A stretch of DNA of 64,000 nucleotides from Gemmataceae bacterium (GTDB taxonomy: Bacteria; Planctomycetota; Planctomycetia; Gemmatales; Gemmataceae): contig JAXMAS010000005.1 of assembly GCA_046350275.1 (NCBI GenBank), positions 13,224-77,223 of the forward strand. The letters are read 5' to 3'. The notes under the pieces were generated by a model. It did no database searches, was not told the DNA's origin, and saw only the letters and a program-made list of their open reading frames with translations. This document shows, piece after piece, positions 46,669 to 54,608 of the stretch. Each line of letters starts with the position of its first letter. The first letter of the stretch is position 1. A program made the position numbers and the translations under genes.

Positions 46669-46710
46669 GTTTTGGCGAGCCTCGGGTCATTGGCCGACGC
46701 TCGCCAAAAC
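46669..46710. promoter_or_regulatory. Perfect 12-bp inverted repeat GTTTTGGCGAGC-N18-GCTCGCCAAAAC about 90 nt upstream of the secretin start, with a GCGAAGTGCG direct repeat (x2, 20-nt spacing) at about 46614-46643
   Basis: Read directly. No T-tract follows on either strand, so an operator-like site is more likely than a terminator. Confidence 0.35.
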
Positions 46711-46723
46711 GTCAAGGCCGAGC

Positions 46724-47104
46724 CTACTTCTTGTCGCCGCCGCCGAACATCCCCATGATCTTGCCGAGCAGGCCGCCTGCGCCTTCGCCGCCGAGTTGTT
46801 TGAGGACACTCGCCATGTCGATCTTGCTCAGCAAGTCGGCTGGCAGCTTGTCCTTGAGGAAGCCCATGACCATTTCAAAAACGCCATGGAGCTTCGTCAC
46901 ATCGAGACCCGTCTTCGTCAGCAGGTCGGTAATGCTCGGTGTCGGGAGTTCTCCCGCCGCCGCGCCGATGGCTTTGTCGAACTGCGGGGCGCTCTCGGCA
47001 GGCACCTGGCCGCGCAGAAAGCCAAGCACGTGCTCGACGGCACCGCGCGCCGCGTCGGCCGATAGGCCCAACTTCTCAGCAATCGCTTGAATGACCTGTT
47101 CCAT
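46724..47104 (-). CDS. Hypothetical small helical protein (DUF2267-like two-repeat architecture; tentative)
   Basis: The start is MEQVIQAIAEKLGLSADAARGAVEHVLGFLRG, with an SD-like GAGAGGA upstream. The C-terminus is Gly/Lys-rich. The ORF track extends to 47173. Confidence 0.4.
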   Translation of the reverse strand: MEQVIQAIAEKLGLSADAARGAVEHVLGFLRGQVPAESAPQFDKAIGAAAGELPTPSITDLLTKTGLDVTKLHGVFEMVMGFLKDKLPADLLSKIDMASVLKQLGGEGAGGLLGKIMGMFGGGDKK

Positions 47105-47454
47105 CGGTAATCCTCTCATAGGTGAAGGTCGTGCTGCGCTGGATTGATAGACAGTCGGCGGCGAAACGGCCATTGAGTTTCGTACGGCGGATCGATCTGC
47201 TTGCGGTGACGCGCAGGGGGTGTATGATGACGCGCGACTCTCCGGTGCCCCGAGTCGTCGCGTTGAACACCCGGCTCAAGTGACTGCAGGAATACCATCG
47301 CTGCCGCCAGGAGTGGTCAGTTAGGGCCTGGGGGCGGTCGCCATCCGTCGTCGTTTGACCTGGGGATGCGTCCGATTCGACTGGTTACTTCGCGATTGGT
47401 ATCTGCCGCTGTATCGATCGAGTCAGCATGGCGTCATCCTCGAGGGGTCGTGTC

Positions 47455-50400
47455 ATGGCCAAATCCGCGTGTCCGACACCGCAGGAACTCGATCGTGTCC
47501 TTCGCGGCCCAGTGAATAGGCATGATCTGGACCGGCTGGTGGCCCACCTCGAAGGTTGCGAGACGTGTGCGAGCTATGTCGAATCACTTCTCAATGATGG
47601 AAACTTCAAGGCACAACTCGAAGCCCAGTCTGGCACCTCTGCGACGGCAGCCGAGCCGGTGATCGCAAAGGTACTGGCTCGCTTGCGATCACGCCGGCGC
47701 GGCAGTAGTGCGCACAACACTGTTGGTGAGGCTGACGGAACAGCTGCAACTGTACCACCGGGCGATCGTGGGTCGAGTAGTCTCGGTTTTCTTGACACGC
47801 CTCGGTCCGCGGACGAACTCGGTTGGCTCGCCCACTACCGCGTCCTGCGCCAGCTCGGGGCCGGCGGAATGGGGCTCGTATTCCTCGCCGAAGATACCCT
47901 GCTTGCCCGCCAAGTCGCACTCAAGGTCATGCAGCCGAGCCTGGCCAACGAGTCGGGTAACCGTGAGCGGTTCCTGCGCGAAGCTCGCGCGGCCGCGGCG
48001 TTGACCCACGATCACGTCGTCACCATCTATCAGGTCGGCGAACACAACGGCGCGCCGTACCTGGCGATGCAACTGCTCCAGGGCGAATCGCTCGACGATT
48101 ACCTGAAGCGAGGCAAGAAGCTGGCACCCATCCAAATCTGCAAGGTCGGTCGGGAAGTTGCGGAGGGCCTGGCCGCTGCACACGAACGTGGCCTGATCCA
48201 CCGCGACATCAAACCGGCGAACCTGTGGCTCGAAGCTCCGAAGGGACGCGTCAAAATCCTCGATTTCGGCCTCGCTCGGTCGTCGAACGATGTGAACCTG
48301 ACGGGCAGCGGGTTTGTGCTGGGCACACCAAGCTACATGTCGCCCGAACAGGCTCGGGCCGCAGCGGATCTCGATGGTCGAGCGGACCTGTGGAGCCTGG
48401 GCGTGACGCTCTACATGCTCGCGTCGGGCAAGATGCCGTTCCAGGGAGCCGACATCGTCGCCATCGTGACAGCGATCGCCCTCGACGAGCCGACGCCGCT
48501 CGAAAGGCACAACCCGTATTTGCCGCAGGAGTTCGTCGCGCTCGTGACGCAACTCGTGGCGAAGGACAAGACGAATCGGCCGAAGGATGCCAAGGAAGTG
48601 TCGGTTCGGTTGCTCCAGATCGAACGCCAACTGCGGGCGGCGCAGGCGGCGACAACCGCGACGGGTGTCGGTCCGCCGACGTCGTCATCGCGCACACTCG
48701 ACGCGACGCTGGTCCAGCAAGGAACGGATGTAGCGCAAACGAAGTCGCGGCGAGGGCTGATCATCGCGGCCGGCGTCGCTCTTGTCGCCACCGCTTTGGC
48801 CGCCGGTGTGTGGGTCGCGAATAAGCCCGTCGACCAGCCGGTCACACTCGCGAGTCTTCCAAATCCCACACCGCCGGACTTGCCGCCGGTCACGTGGAAG
48901 TCGCGGGACCCGGTGCGCAACTTCGATGTGCCGAAAGGGCCGGCCGCGCCGGTGCCCTTGGTGGCGTTCACCTCCGACGGCCAGACGCTTGTGACGTTCG
49001 ACTCGATACGTGTGGCCCGGCGGCCGGCGACGGGCGGTGTGTGGACGACGCAGCCGGTGGACGTCGAGTTGGCGAGGGCGGGGCTGAAAGGGCCGCCACA
49101 GCACGCCGCCCTCAGCCCCAACGGCAAGTTCGTGGCCCTGGCCCTCGCTGGGCCGACGCCGAAAGTCGTGCTGTGGGACATACCCAACCACCGGCTGGCA
49201 CGGGACAAAGAGAATGACGCCTCGGCAGCCATCACCGGCTTGGCGTTTCGCCCCGACGGAGGGGCCGTGTCGGCTGCGGCCGGCCCAGGCCATGACATGT
49301 TCATCATCCGCGATGGGGCGATCGTCGAGCGGCGAACGTATCGCGACGAGGCCGATGAGGCGACCGGGATCGCCTATGGCGCGGGCGGCTCGTGGATCAC
49401 CACTGCCCTCCGGTCCGGGGCCGTGCGCGTGCGCGACCGCGAAGCCAACCAGTTAAAGTGGGAGAACACGGCTGCCCGCCCACCGCAGTTCGCCCTGGCC
49501 TGGACGCCCGACGGCAAACGGCTCGCGACGGCCGGCATGCGAAGCGGCGTGTTGTTCAATGCCAATGGTCAGAAGCTCGCGGACCTGCCGATCCGATTCC
49601 GCGGCCTGGCGGCGTCGCCCGACTCAAAGCTGTTCGCCGCCGTCGCCGACGTCGAGCCGGGCATCCCCGGCTCTCTGGTCCTGCTCGATGCGGAAACAGG
49701 TCGGGTTGTGGTGCGCAGCGGTCCTGACCTGGATCACGAGGTTCCAGCACTGGCGTTTAGTCCCGACGGTCGAACCGTCGTCAGCCTCGACCGAAGCAGC
49801 GTCCTCAAGTTCTGGGATGTGCCTAAGGAGTTTGTCACCGCTGTCCCCATCGCTCCCGTCATCGCTCCCACGGTCGCCCCGGTCGCTGCGGCACCGACAT
49901 TCGACGACTGGCTCAAGACCACGAAGGCACTACCGGCCGACAAGCGGGCCGACGCGGTCCTGGCCAAGATGAAGGAACTAAACTCCGGCTTCGAGGGCTG
50001 GTCCAAGCCGCCCGAGGTTCGGCAAGGCGTCGTCGCGAAGCTCACCTTCAAGAGTAACCGCGTGGCCGACCTCACTCCACTCATGGCGTTGAGTGGTTTG
50101 TCCGACTTGACGTGCCACTGCCCGGAGATACCGCGCACGGGGGCAGTTATGGACCTGACACCACTCCGTGCCTTGCGCGACAGCCTGCGGACGCTGGACC
50201 TCCACGGCAATACGAAGCTGACGGATCTGGGCCCGCTGGAAGGGATGCAGATTCGCGATCTCAACCTCGGCTTTACGGCAGTGCGCGATCTTACGCCGCT
50301 GGTCGGCTTGCCGCTCCAGAGCCTGCGGCTGGGCTGGACACCAGCCATCGACTTTGGGCCGATTGCGAAGACGCCGCTCAAGTACCTCGACATCCGCGGC

Positions 50401-50550
50401 AACTCGAACCGTCGGCTCGCCACGCTTGGCAGTGCGGCCAAGCTGGAAGCCATCGAGATCGCCTGGGAGCCGGCGAAGCTCGCGCCTCTACGCGCGATCA
50501 AGTCGCTCAAGACGATCGACAGTAAGCCAGCTGCGGAGGTGCTTAGGTGA
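47455..50550 (+). CDS. Multidomain Ser/Thr protein kinase (N-terminal zinc-finger/anti-sigma-like region, kinase domain, TM, WD40-like beta-propeller, C-terminal LRR)
   Basis: The kinase motifs are GAGGMGLVFLAEDTLLARQVALKVM, HRDIKPANLWL, DFGLAR and GTPSYMSPEQ. A TM helix (GLIIAAGVALVATALAAGVWVA) follows. The repeats resemble WD40 (FSPDG..VVS.D....KFWD) and a C-terminal LRR (LxxLxLxxN). A good SD (GAGGGG) lies before ATG 47455. Confidence 0.85.
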   Translation: MAKSACPTPQELDRVLRGPVNRHDLDRLVAHLEGCETCASYVESLLNDGNFKAQLEAQSGTSATAAEPVIAKVLARLRSRRRGSSAHNTVGEADGTAATVPPGDRGSSSLGFLDTPRSADELGWLAHYRVLRQLGAGGMGLVFLAEDTLLARQVALKVMQPSLANESGNRERFLREARAAAALTHDHVVTIYQVGEHNGAPYLAMQLLQGESLDDYLKRGKKLAPIQICKVGREVAEGLAAAHERGLIHRDIKPANLWLEAPKGRVKILDFGLARSSNDVNLTGSGFVLGTPSYMSPEQARAAADLDGRADLWSLGVTLYMLASGKMPFQGADIVAIVTAIALDEPTPLERHNPYLPQEFVALVTQLVAKDKTNRPKDAKEVSVRLLQIERQLRAAQAATTATGVGPPTSSSRTLDATLVQQGTDVAQTKSRRGLIIAAGVALVATALAAGVWVANKPVDQPVTLASLPNPTPPDLPPVTWKSRDPVRNFDVPKGPAAPVPLVAFTSDGQTLVTFDSIRVARRPATGGVWTTQPVDVELARAGLKGPPQHAALSPNGKFVALALAGPTPKVVLWDIPNHRLARDKENDASAAITGLAFRPDGGAVSAAAGPGHDMFIIRDGAIVERRTYRDEADEATGIAYGAGGSWITTALRSGAVRVRDREANQLKWENTAARPPQFALAWTPDGKRLATAGMRSGVLFNANGQKLADLPIRFRGLAASPDSKLFAAVADVEPGIPGSLVLLDAETGRVVVRSGPDLDHEVPALAFSPDGRTVVSLDRSSVLKFWDVPKEFVTAVPIAPVIAPTVAPVAAAPTFDDWLKTTKALPADKRADAVLAKMKELNSGFEGWSKPPEVRQGVVAKLTFKSNRVADLTPLMALSGLSDLTCHCPEIPRTGAVMDLTPLRALRDSLRTLDLHGNTKLTDLGPLEGMQIRDLNLGFTAVRDLTPLVGLPLQSLRLGWTPAIDFGPIAKTPLKYLDIRGNSNRRLATLGSAAKLEAIEIAWEPAKLAPLRAIKSLKTIDSKPAAEVLR

Positions 50551-50854
50551 TCTTGACCGATGGCGACCATCGCGTGTCGCTATGCGAAAACCGAGTTCAT
50601 TAGCCGATCGAGCGATGCGAAGTACCCCGCCGAACCTGACCGACGCGTGTCAGACGACGATCGCTCGCTGAAGCGGGGACCGCTAGCCGGAGCGGATCGG
50701 TAGTGTGGACCTAGTTGCTTCGCGTCGCGAGTCGATCCACGGCGACTCCCAAATGCTCGCCAGTATCAGGTCCGTTCTTCGCGCCCTGGCATTTGCAATC
50801 GTTTTCGGGCACAATAGACGGTCTCCACCGTGTCGCGCACTCAGAGGCCGTGCC

Positions 50855-52423
50855 ATGACCCTCCGCTCCACCGCGTTCATTGTCCTGATCGCCACCGCGC
50901 CACTGCCCGCTCAGACGAAGCTCCCCGACACGTTACCTCTGACCAAGCTACCACCCGCCAAAGTCGCACCCGACCTATGCAAGCTACGATACCGCATTGG
51001 CACGCGCTCGCCGGAATGCCAGACGTTTTTTGATCAGGGGCTGGGCTACTACTACTCGTACGTCTGGATGGAGGCGGCACGCTCGTTCGAGACAGCCGCG
51101 CAGTACGACCCCGATTGCGCCATCGCCTATTACGGCCTGAGCCGGGCGATGGAGGAGTGGAAGGGTGGGCATACCGAAGCGCTTAAGAAGGCACAAGCCG
51201 TGCTGTCCAAGGCCAGTGACCGCGAACGACGACTTATCACGGCTCGTTTGCAATTGAAGGGACTCGAAGGCAAATTCGACAAGGACGAGGATCGTCGTAA
51301 GGCCGCGACGGCGACGCTCGACGAACTGATTTCGCTGTACGAGGATGACGAGGAGGCATGGTACGCACGCGCCAAGTTGGCTGGCGACGGCCGACCCGGC
51401 AACGTCGGAAGTGCTGGCCGAATCAGCGAGATTCCGTTCTGGAAGGCGCTATTGCGGATCAACGCGTTGCACCCTGGCGCAAATCACGAGTTGGTTCACA
51501 TCTACGAAGGCACGAAGCGGCCGGGCCTCGGCTGGCCGCACGCCGAGAAGTACATCGAGTCATCGCCCGGCATTCCGCACGCATGGCATATGCAAGCCCA
51601 CCTGGCCATGCGTCTTGGCAAATGGGACAAGACGTGCGATCGATCCGTGAAGGCGGTCGAACTCGAGAAAGCGTACCACAAGCTCCAGGACGTCAAACCA
51701 CGAGACGACCATCAATTCGATCACCACATCGAGACACTGATGAAGTCGCTGATACACGACGGGCGGTTTCGTGAGGCTCGTCAGATCAAGGCCGAGGCGT
51801 GGGCCTATGGCTATCGCCATTGGCCGCAGTGGTTCCGGCTGCACCTTGCCGAGCAAGATTGGGACGAGACGCAGAAGATCATCGACTACTTCCGCAAAAC
51901 TGACAAGACGACGGCCGCTTACTACGCGGCGATCATGGCCCTAACGCAGAATGACCCGGACAAGGCGAAACCCGAAGTCGAAGTGCTGCGACAGGCCGCG
52001 ACGAAGAAGACGGGTGGGCGGCGAAGCGAGTTCAACCTGTGGGAAACGCAGGGTCTTCTCCTGTGTCAAACCGGGGCTGCCGACGAAGGCCTGAAACTGC
52101 TGGCTCGTTGTGTCGAGAAAACGAAGGATGACTACAGCCACCACGCCTGGGGCGGCGGGGCCTACTACATGGAAGTCTGGGGCATGGCCGCACTCGCGGC
52201 GAACAAGCTTGACGTCGCCGAGGAAGCGTTTCTGGAATCGCTGGCCCACGATGCCGGTAGTGCCAAAGCTGCGTTCGGGATGCAGGTGTTGTGCGAGCGG
52301 CAGGGCCGCGGCGAGGAGGCGCTGCGGTTCGCGGCGCTGGCGCGGCGCGTCTGGAGGCACGCGGAGGTGCGGCATTTCGACCTGATGCGCGTGAACTGCG
52401 GCTGCAAGGCCGAGGCGGAGTAA
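50855..52423 (+). CDS. Secreted tetratricopeptide (TPR) repeat protein
   Basis: An internal ATG gives a signal peptide (MTLRSTAFIVLIATAPLPAQT). The body is helical with repeated W/Y...A...G 34-residue-like units. The ORF track extends to 50705. Confidence 0.55.
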   Translation: MTLRSTAFIVLIATAPLPAQTKLPDTLPLTKLPPAKVAPDLCKLRYRIGTRSPECQTFFDQGLGYYYSYVWMEAARSFETAAQYDPDCAIAYYGLSRAMEEWKGGHTEALKKAQAVLSKASDRERRLITARLQLKGLEGKFDKDEDRRKAATATLDELISLYEDDEEAWYARAKLAGDGRPGNVGSAGRISEIPFWKALLRINALHPGANHELVHIYEGTKRPGLGWPHAEKYIESSPGIPHAWHMQAHLAMRLGKWDKTCDRSVKAVELEKAYHKLQDVKPRDDHQFDHHIETLMKSLIHDGRFREARQIKAEAWAYGYRHWPQWFRLHLAEQDWDETQKIIDYFRKTDKTTAAYYAAIMALTQNDPDKAKPEVEVLRQAATKKTGGRRSEFNLWETQGLLLCQTGAADEGLKLLARCVEKTKDDYSHHAWGGGAYYMEVWGMAALAANKLDVAEEAFLESLAHDAGSAKAAFGMQVLCERQGRGEEALRFAALARRVWRHAEVRHFDLMRVNCGCKAEAE

Positions 52424-52589
52424 CGACTGTGCGGCGCGTGCCCGGCTCTCCGCTGTGGCTCGCTCGCCGATGCACTCGCAATCCTGACGGCTACGAGTCG
52501 GCCGCCGTGTCGTCGGGTTTGTTCGACGATCTGCTCGCCGCTCCGGCTGGCGATTCCGCTTGATGGCATTCAGCGGCCGGTGCCAGGCG

Positions 52590-52877
52590 TCAAACCGCAC
52601 CCGGACCGCGAGCGCTGTCGATGACCCGCGCGATTTCGACGCCGGCGTCCGTAGTACGGTAGAACACCAAGTAACCCCTCAAGGCGTTAACCCGTAACCC
52701 CGTGCCGTACAACTCGTCCGTCGCCCCTTGCAGAAGCGGTTGGTCCGCGATGACCTGAAACCGCGTGAGAAACTCGTCGAAAAGGGCGTTGGCGCGCGCC
52801 TCCGAGAATCGGGCGACGTAGTTGTACAACTCGCGCAGGTCGGCCTGCGCGTCGTTCGCGATCCGATATCGGCTCAT
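52590..52877 (-). CDS. parE: Type II toxin-antitoxin system toxin, ParE/RelE family
   Basis: It is 95 aa and reads MSRYRIANDAQADLRELYNYVARFSEARANALFDEFLTRFQVIADQPLLQG...LRGYLVFYRTTDAGVEIARVID, a ParE-like fold. It overlaps the antitoxin gene by 4 nt. Confidence 0.7.
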   Translation of the reverse strand: MSRYRIANDAQADLRELYNYVARFSEARANALFDEFLTRFQVIADQPLLQGATDELYGTGLRVNALRGYLVFYRTTDAGVEIARVIDSARGPGAV

Positions 52878-53182
52878 GGCGCTTGCGATCGACCGAGGCG
52901 GGCCTGCCCGTCGCGCTTGATTTGCTCGAAGAACGCCCGCAGCGAGGCGTCGTCGAATTCGGTGTAGTCGCCGCGGTCGAGGGCGGCGACCCCCTCGGCG
53001 ACTAGCCGCCGAACCTCGGCCGGGTCCAGTTCGGCGCGCCCGAGAGCCCGCCGTTGGTCCGCCTCCCGGTCGTTCAAAGCATCAAAGGCGTTGCTCACAG
53101 CCGCGTCGGCCGACGAGAAGCGGCCACTGTTGACGGCATCCTCGATTCGGCGGATCGTTTCGGGGCTGAGGGTAATCGGCAT
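52874..53182 (-). CDS. parD: Type II antitoxin, ParD/ribbon-helix-helix family
   Basis: The start MPITLSPETIRRIEDAVNSGRFSSADAAVSNAFDAL fits an RHH antitoxin. It is the upstream partner of the parE-like gene. The ORF track extends to 53218. Confidence 0.65.
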   Translation of the reverse strand: MPITLSPETIRRIEDAVNSGRFSSADAAVSNAFDALNDREADQRRALGRAELDPAEVRRLVAEGVAALDRGDYTEFDDASLRAFFEQIKRDGQARLGRSQAP

Positions 53183-53251
53183 CGCGATCCTCCGTTGCGT
53201 CGTTTCTTGAGTGTCCAAGACCCGGCCCGGATTGTCAACCTCCGTCGCGCC

Positions 53252-54238
53252 TCACCGCACCCAGCCATGCAGGTACACGTCGTCGCCGACATGCTCGCTC
53301 TCCCATCGGACGAGTGGAAGCGCGTCGCGGATCATGGCCGGACCGACGCCGCCGACCGGCGATAAGGCATCTCGGCCGCCGAGGACGCGCGGCGCGACGA
53401 AGACGTGCAGCTCGTCCACCGCCCGCGCCGCGAAGAACGACGCGAAGACCTCGGCCCCGCCTTCGACTAGCACGTTCGTCATCCGCCGCCGGCCCAACTC
53501 CGTGAGCAACTCGGGCACCGGCATCGACACGACTTCGACGGGGGCCACGTCCCGCGTCCGCAGCAGTTGGCAGCCGGCCGGCAGCGTCCCAGACCGGCTT
53601 AGTACGATGCGCGTTGCGACCCGCGGCCCTGGTGGGCGCGCGGTCAGGAGCGGGTCGTCGGCACGCACCGTGCCGGCCCCGACCACGATTGCATCCATCC
53701 GGCCGCGCAGCTCGTGAACCCGCGCCCGTGACGCCGGGCCGCTGATCCACTTCGAGTCGCCGGTCATCGTCGCGATCTTACCGTCGAGCGTCATCGCCCA
53801 CTTCGCGTGGACGTACGGCCGGCCGTCGCGCAACAGCGTCAGGTACGGCGCGTTTAGCCGCACTGCCTCGGCCTCACAGACGCCAACATCGACCGCGATG
53901 CCGACTTCGCGCAGTTTGGCGATGCCGCCACCAGCGACACGCGGGAACGGATCGGCCATCGCCGCGACGACCCGCGCGATGCCGGCCCGGATCACTGCGT
54001 CGGCACACGGTGGCGTCTTCCCGAAGTGGCAGCACGGCTCCAGCGTGACGTAGAGAGTCGCCCCGCGGGCCGCGTCGCCGGCCGCTTCGAGGGCAAAAAC
54101 CTCGGCGTGCGGCCCACCGAATGTCCGGTGCCAGCCCTCGCCGACGATGGTCCTCTCGTGGACGATGACGGCACCGACAAGCGGGTTCGGCTCCACGGCC
54201 CCGCGGCCGTGCTCGGCCAATTCCAGGGCGCGGCGCAT
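53252..54238 (-). CDS. ribD: Bifunctional riboflavin biosynthesis protein RibD (pyrimidine deaminase plus reductase)
   Basis: The deaminase motif is MRRALELAEHGRGAVEPNPLVGAVIV...HAEVFAL...TLEPCCHFGKTPPCADAV. The reductase domain reads AKWAMTLDGKIA...VVGAGTVRADDP. The ORF is open upstream to 54385, so the true start may be further upstream. Confidence 0.8.
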   Translation of the reverse strand: MRRALELAEHGRGAVEPNPLVGAVIVHERTIVGEGWHRTFGGPHAEVFALEAAGDAARGATLYVTLEPCCHFGKTPPCADAVIRAGIARVVAAMADPFPRVAGGGIAKLREVGIAVDVGVCEAEAVRLNAPYLTLLRDGRPYVHAKWAMTLDGKIATMTGDSKWISGPASRARVHELRGRMDAIVVGAGTVRADDPLLTARPPGPRVATRIVLSRSGTLPAGCQLLRTRDVAPVEVVSMPVPELLTELGRRRMTNVLVEGGAEVFASFFAARAVDELHVFVAPRVLGGRDALSPVGGVGPAMIRDALPLVRWESEHVGDDVYLHGWVR

Positions 54239-54386
54239 CCACGCGGTATCGTCTTCGGTGACGGGCACAGCGGAATCCCGGAAAAAGTCGCGAACCGGGC
54301 GCAAGGGTGGCGGCTCTATCCAGTGTACACAACGATGAAATACTCGGGCCGGCCCCTGAATCGCCCAGGGGGCCGGCCCGTTCAAC

Positions 54387-54458
54387 GGCCCGATGGTCTA
54401 ACGGCCAGGACACCCGCCCCTCACGCGGGAGGTCGGGGTTCGATTCCCCGGCGGGCTA
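54387..54458 (+). tRNA. tRNA-Glu(CUC)-like
   Basis: The D-arm (GTCTAACGGCCAGGAC) and T-arm (CGGGGTTCGATTCCCCG) are Glu-type. The anticodon stem CCCGC/GCGGG is perfect. The loop CCCUCAC gives anticodon CUC but has C at position 33. Acceptor pair 7-66 is A.G. Confidence 0.55.
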
Positions 54459-54466
54459 CTGCACAC

Positions 54467-54539
54467 CGACCCGTAGCTCAGCGGCAAGAGCGGCTGCCCT
54501 ACAAGCATACGGTCCGAGGTTCGAGTCCTCGCGGGTCGA
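54467..54539 (+). tRNA. tRNA-Val(UAC)-like with a weak anticodon stem
   Basis: The acceptor stem is perfect (CGACCCG/CGGGTCG). The D-arm is AGCTCAGCGGCAAGAGC and the T-arm CGAGGTTCGAGTCCTCG. The loop CCUACAA gives UAC with C33. The anticodon stem has only 3 Watson-Crick pairs (GCTGC versus GCATA). Confidence 0.45.
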
Positions 54540-54608
54540 ATTGCCAGCGCCGTCGATGCCCGAAGCAGTTCAACCGACCGCTGGTGTTTTACTCGCCGCT
54601 CGCTTCAG

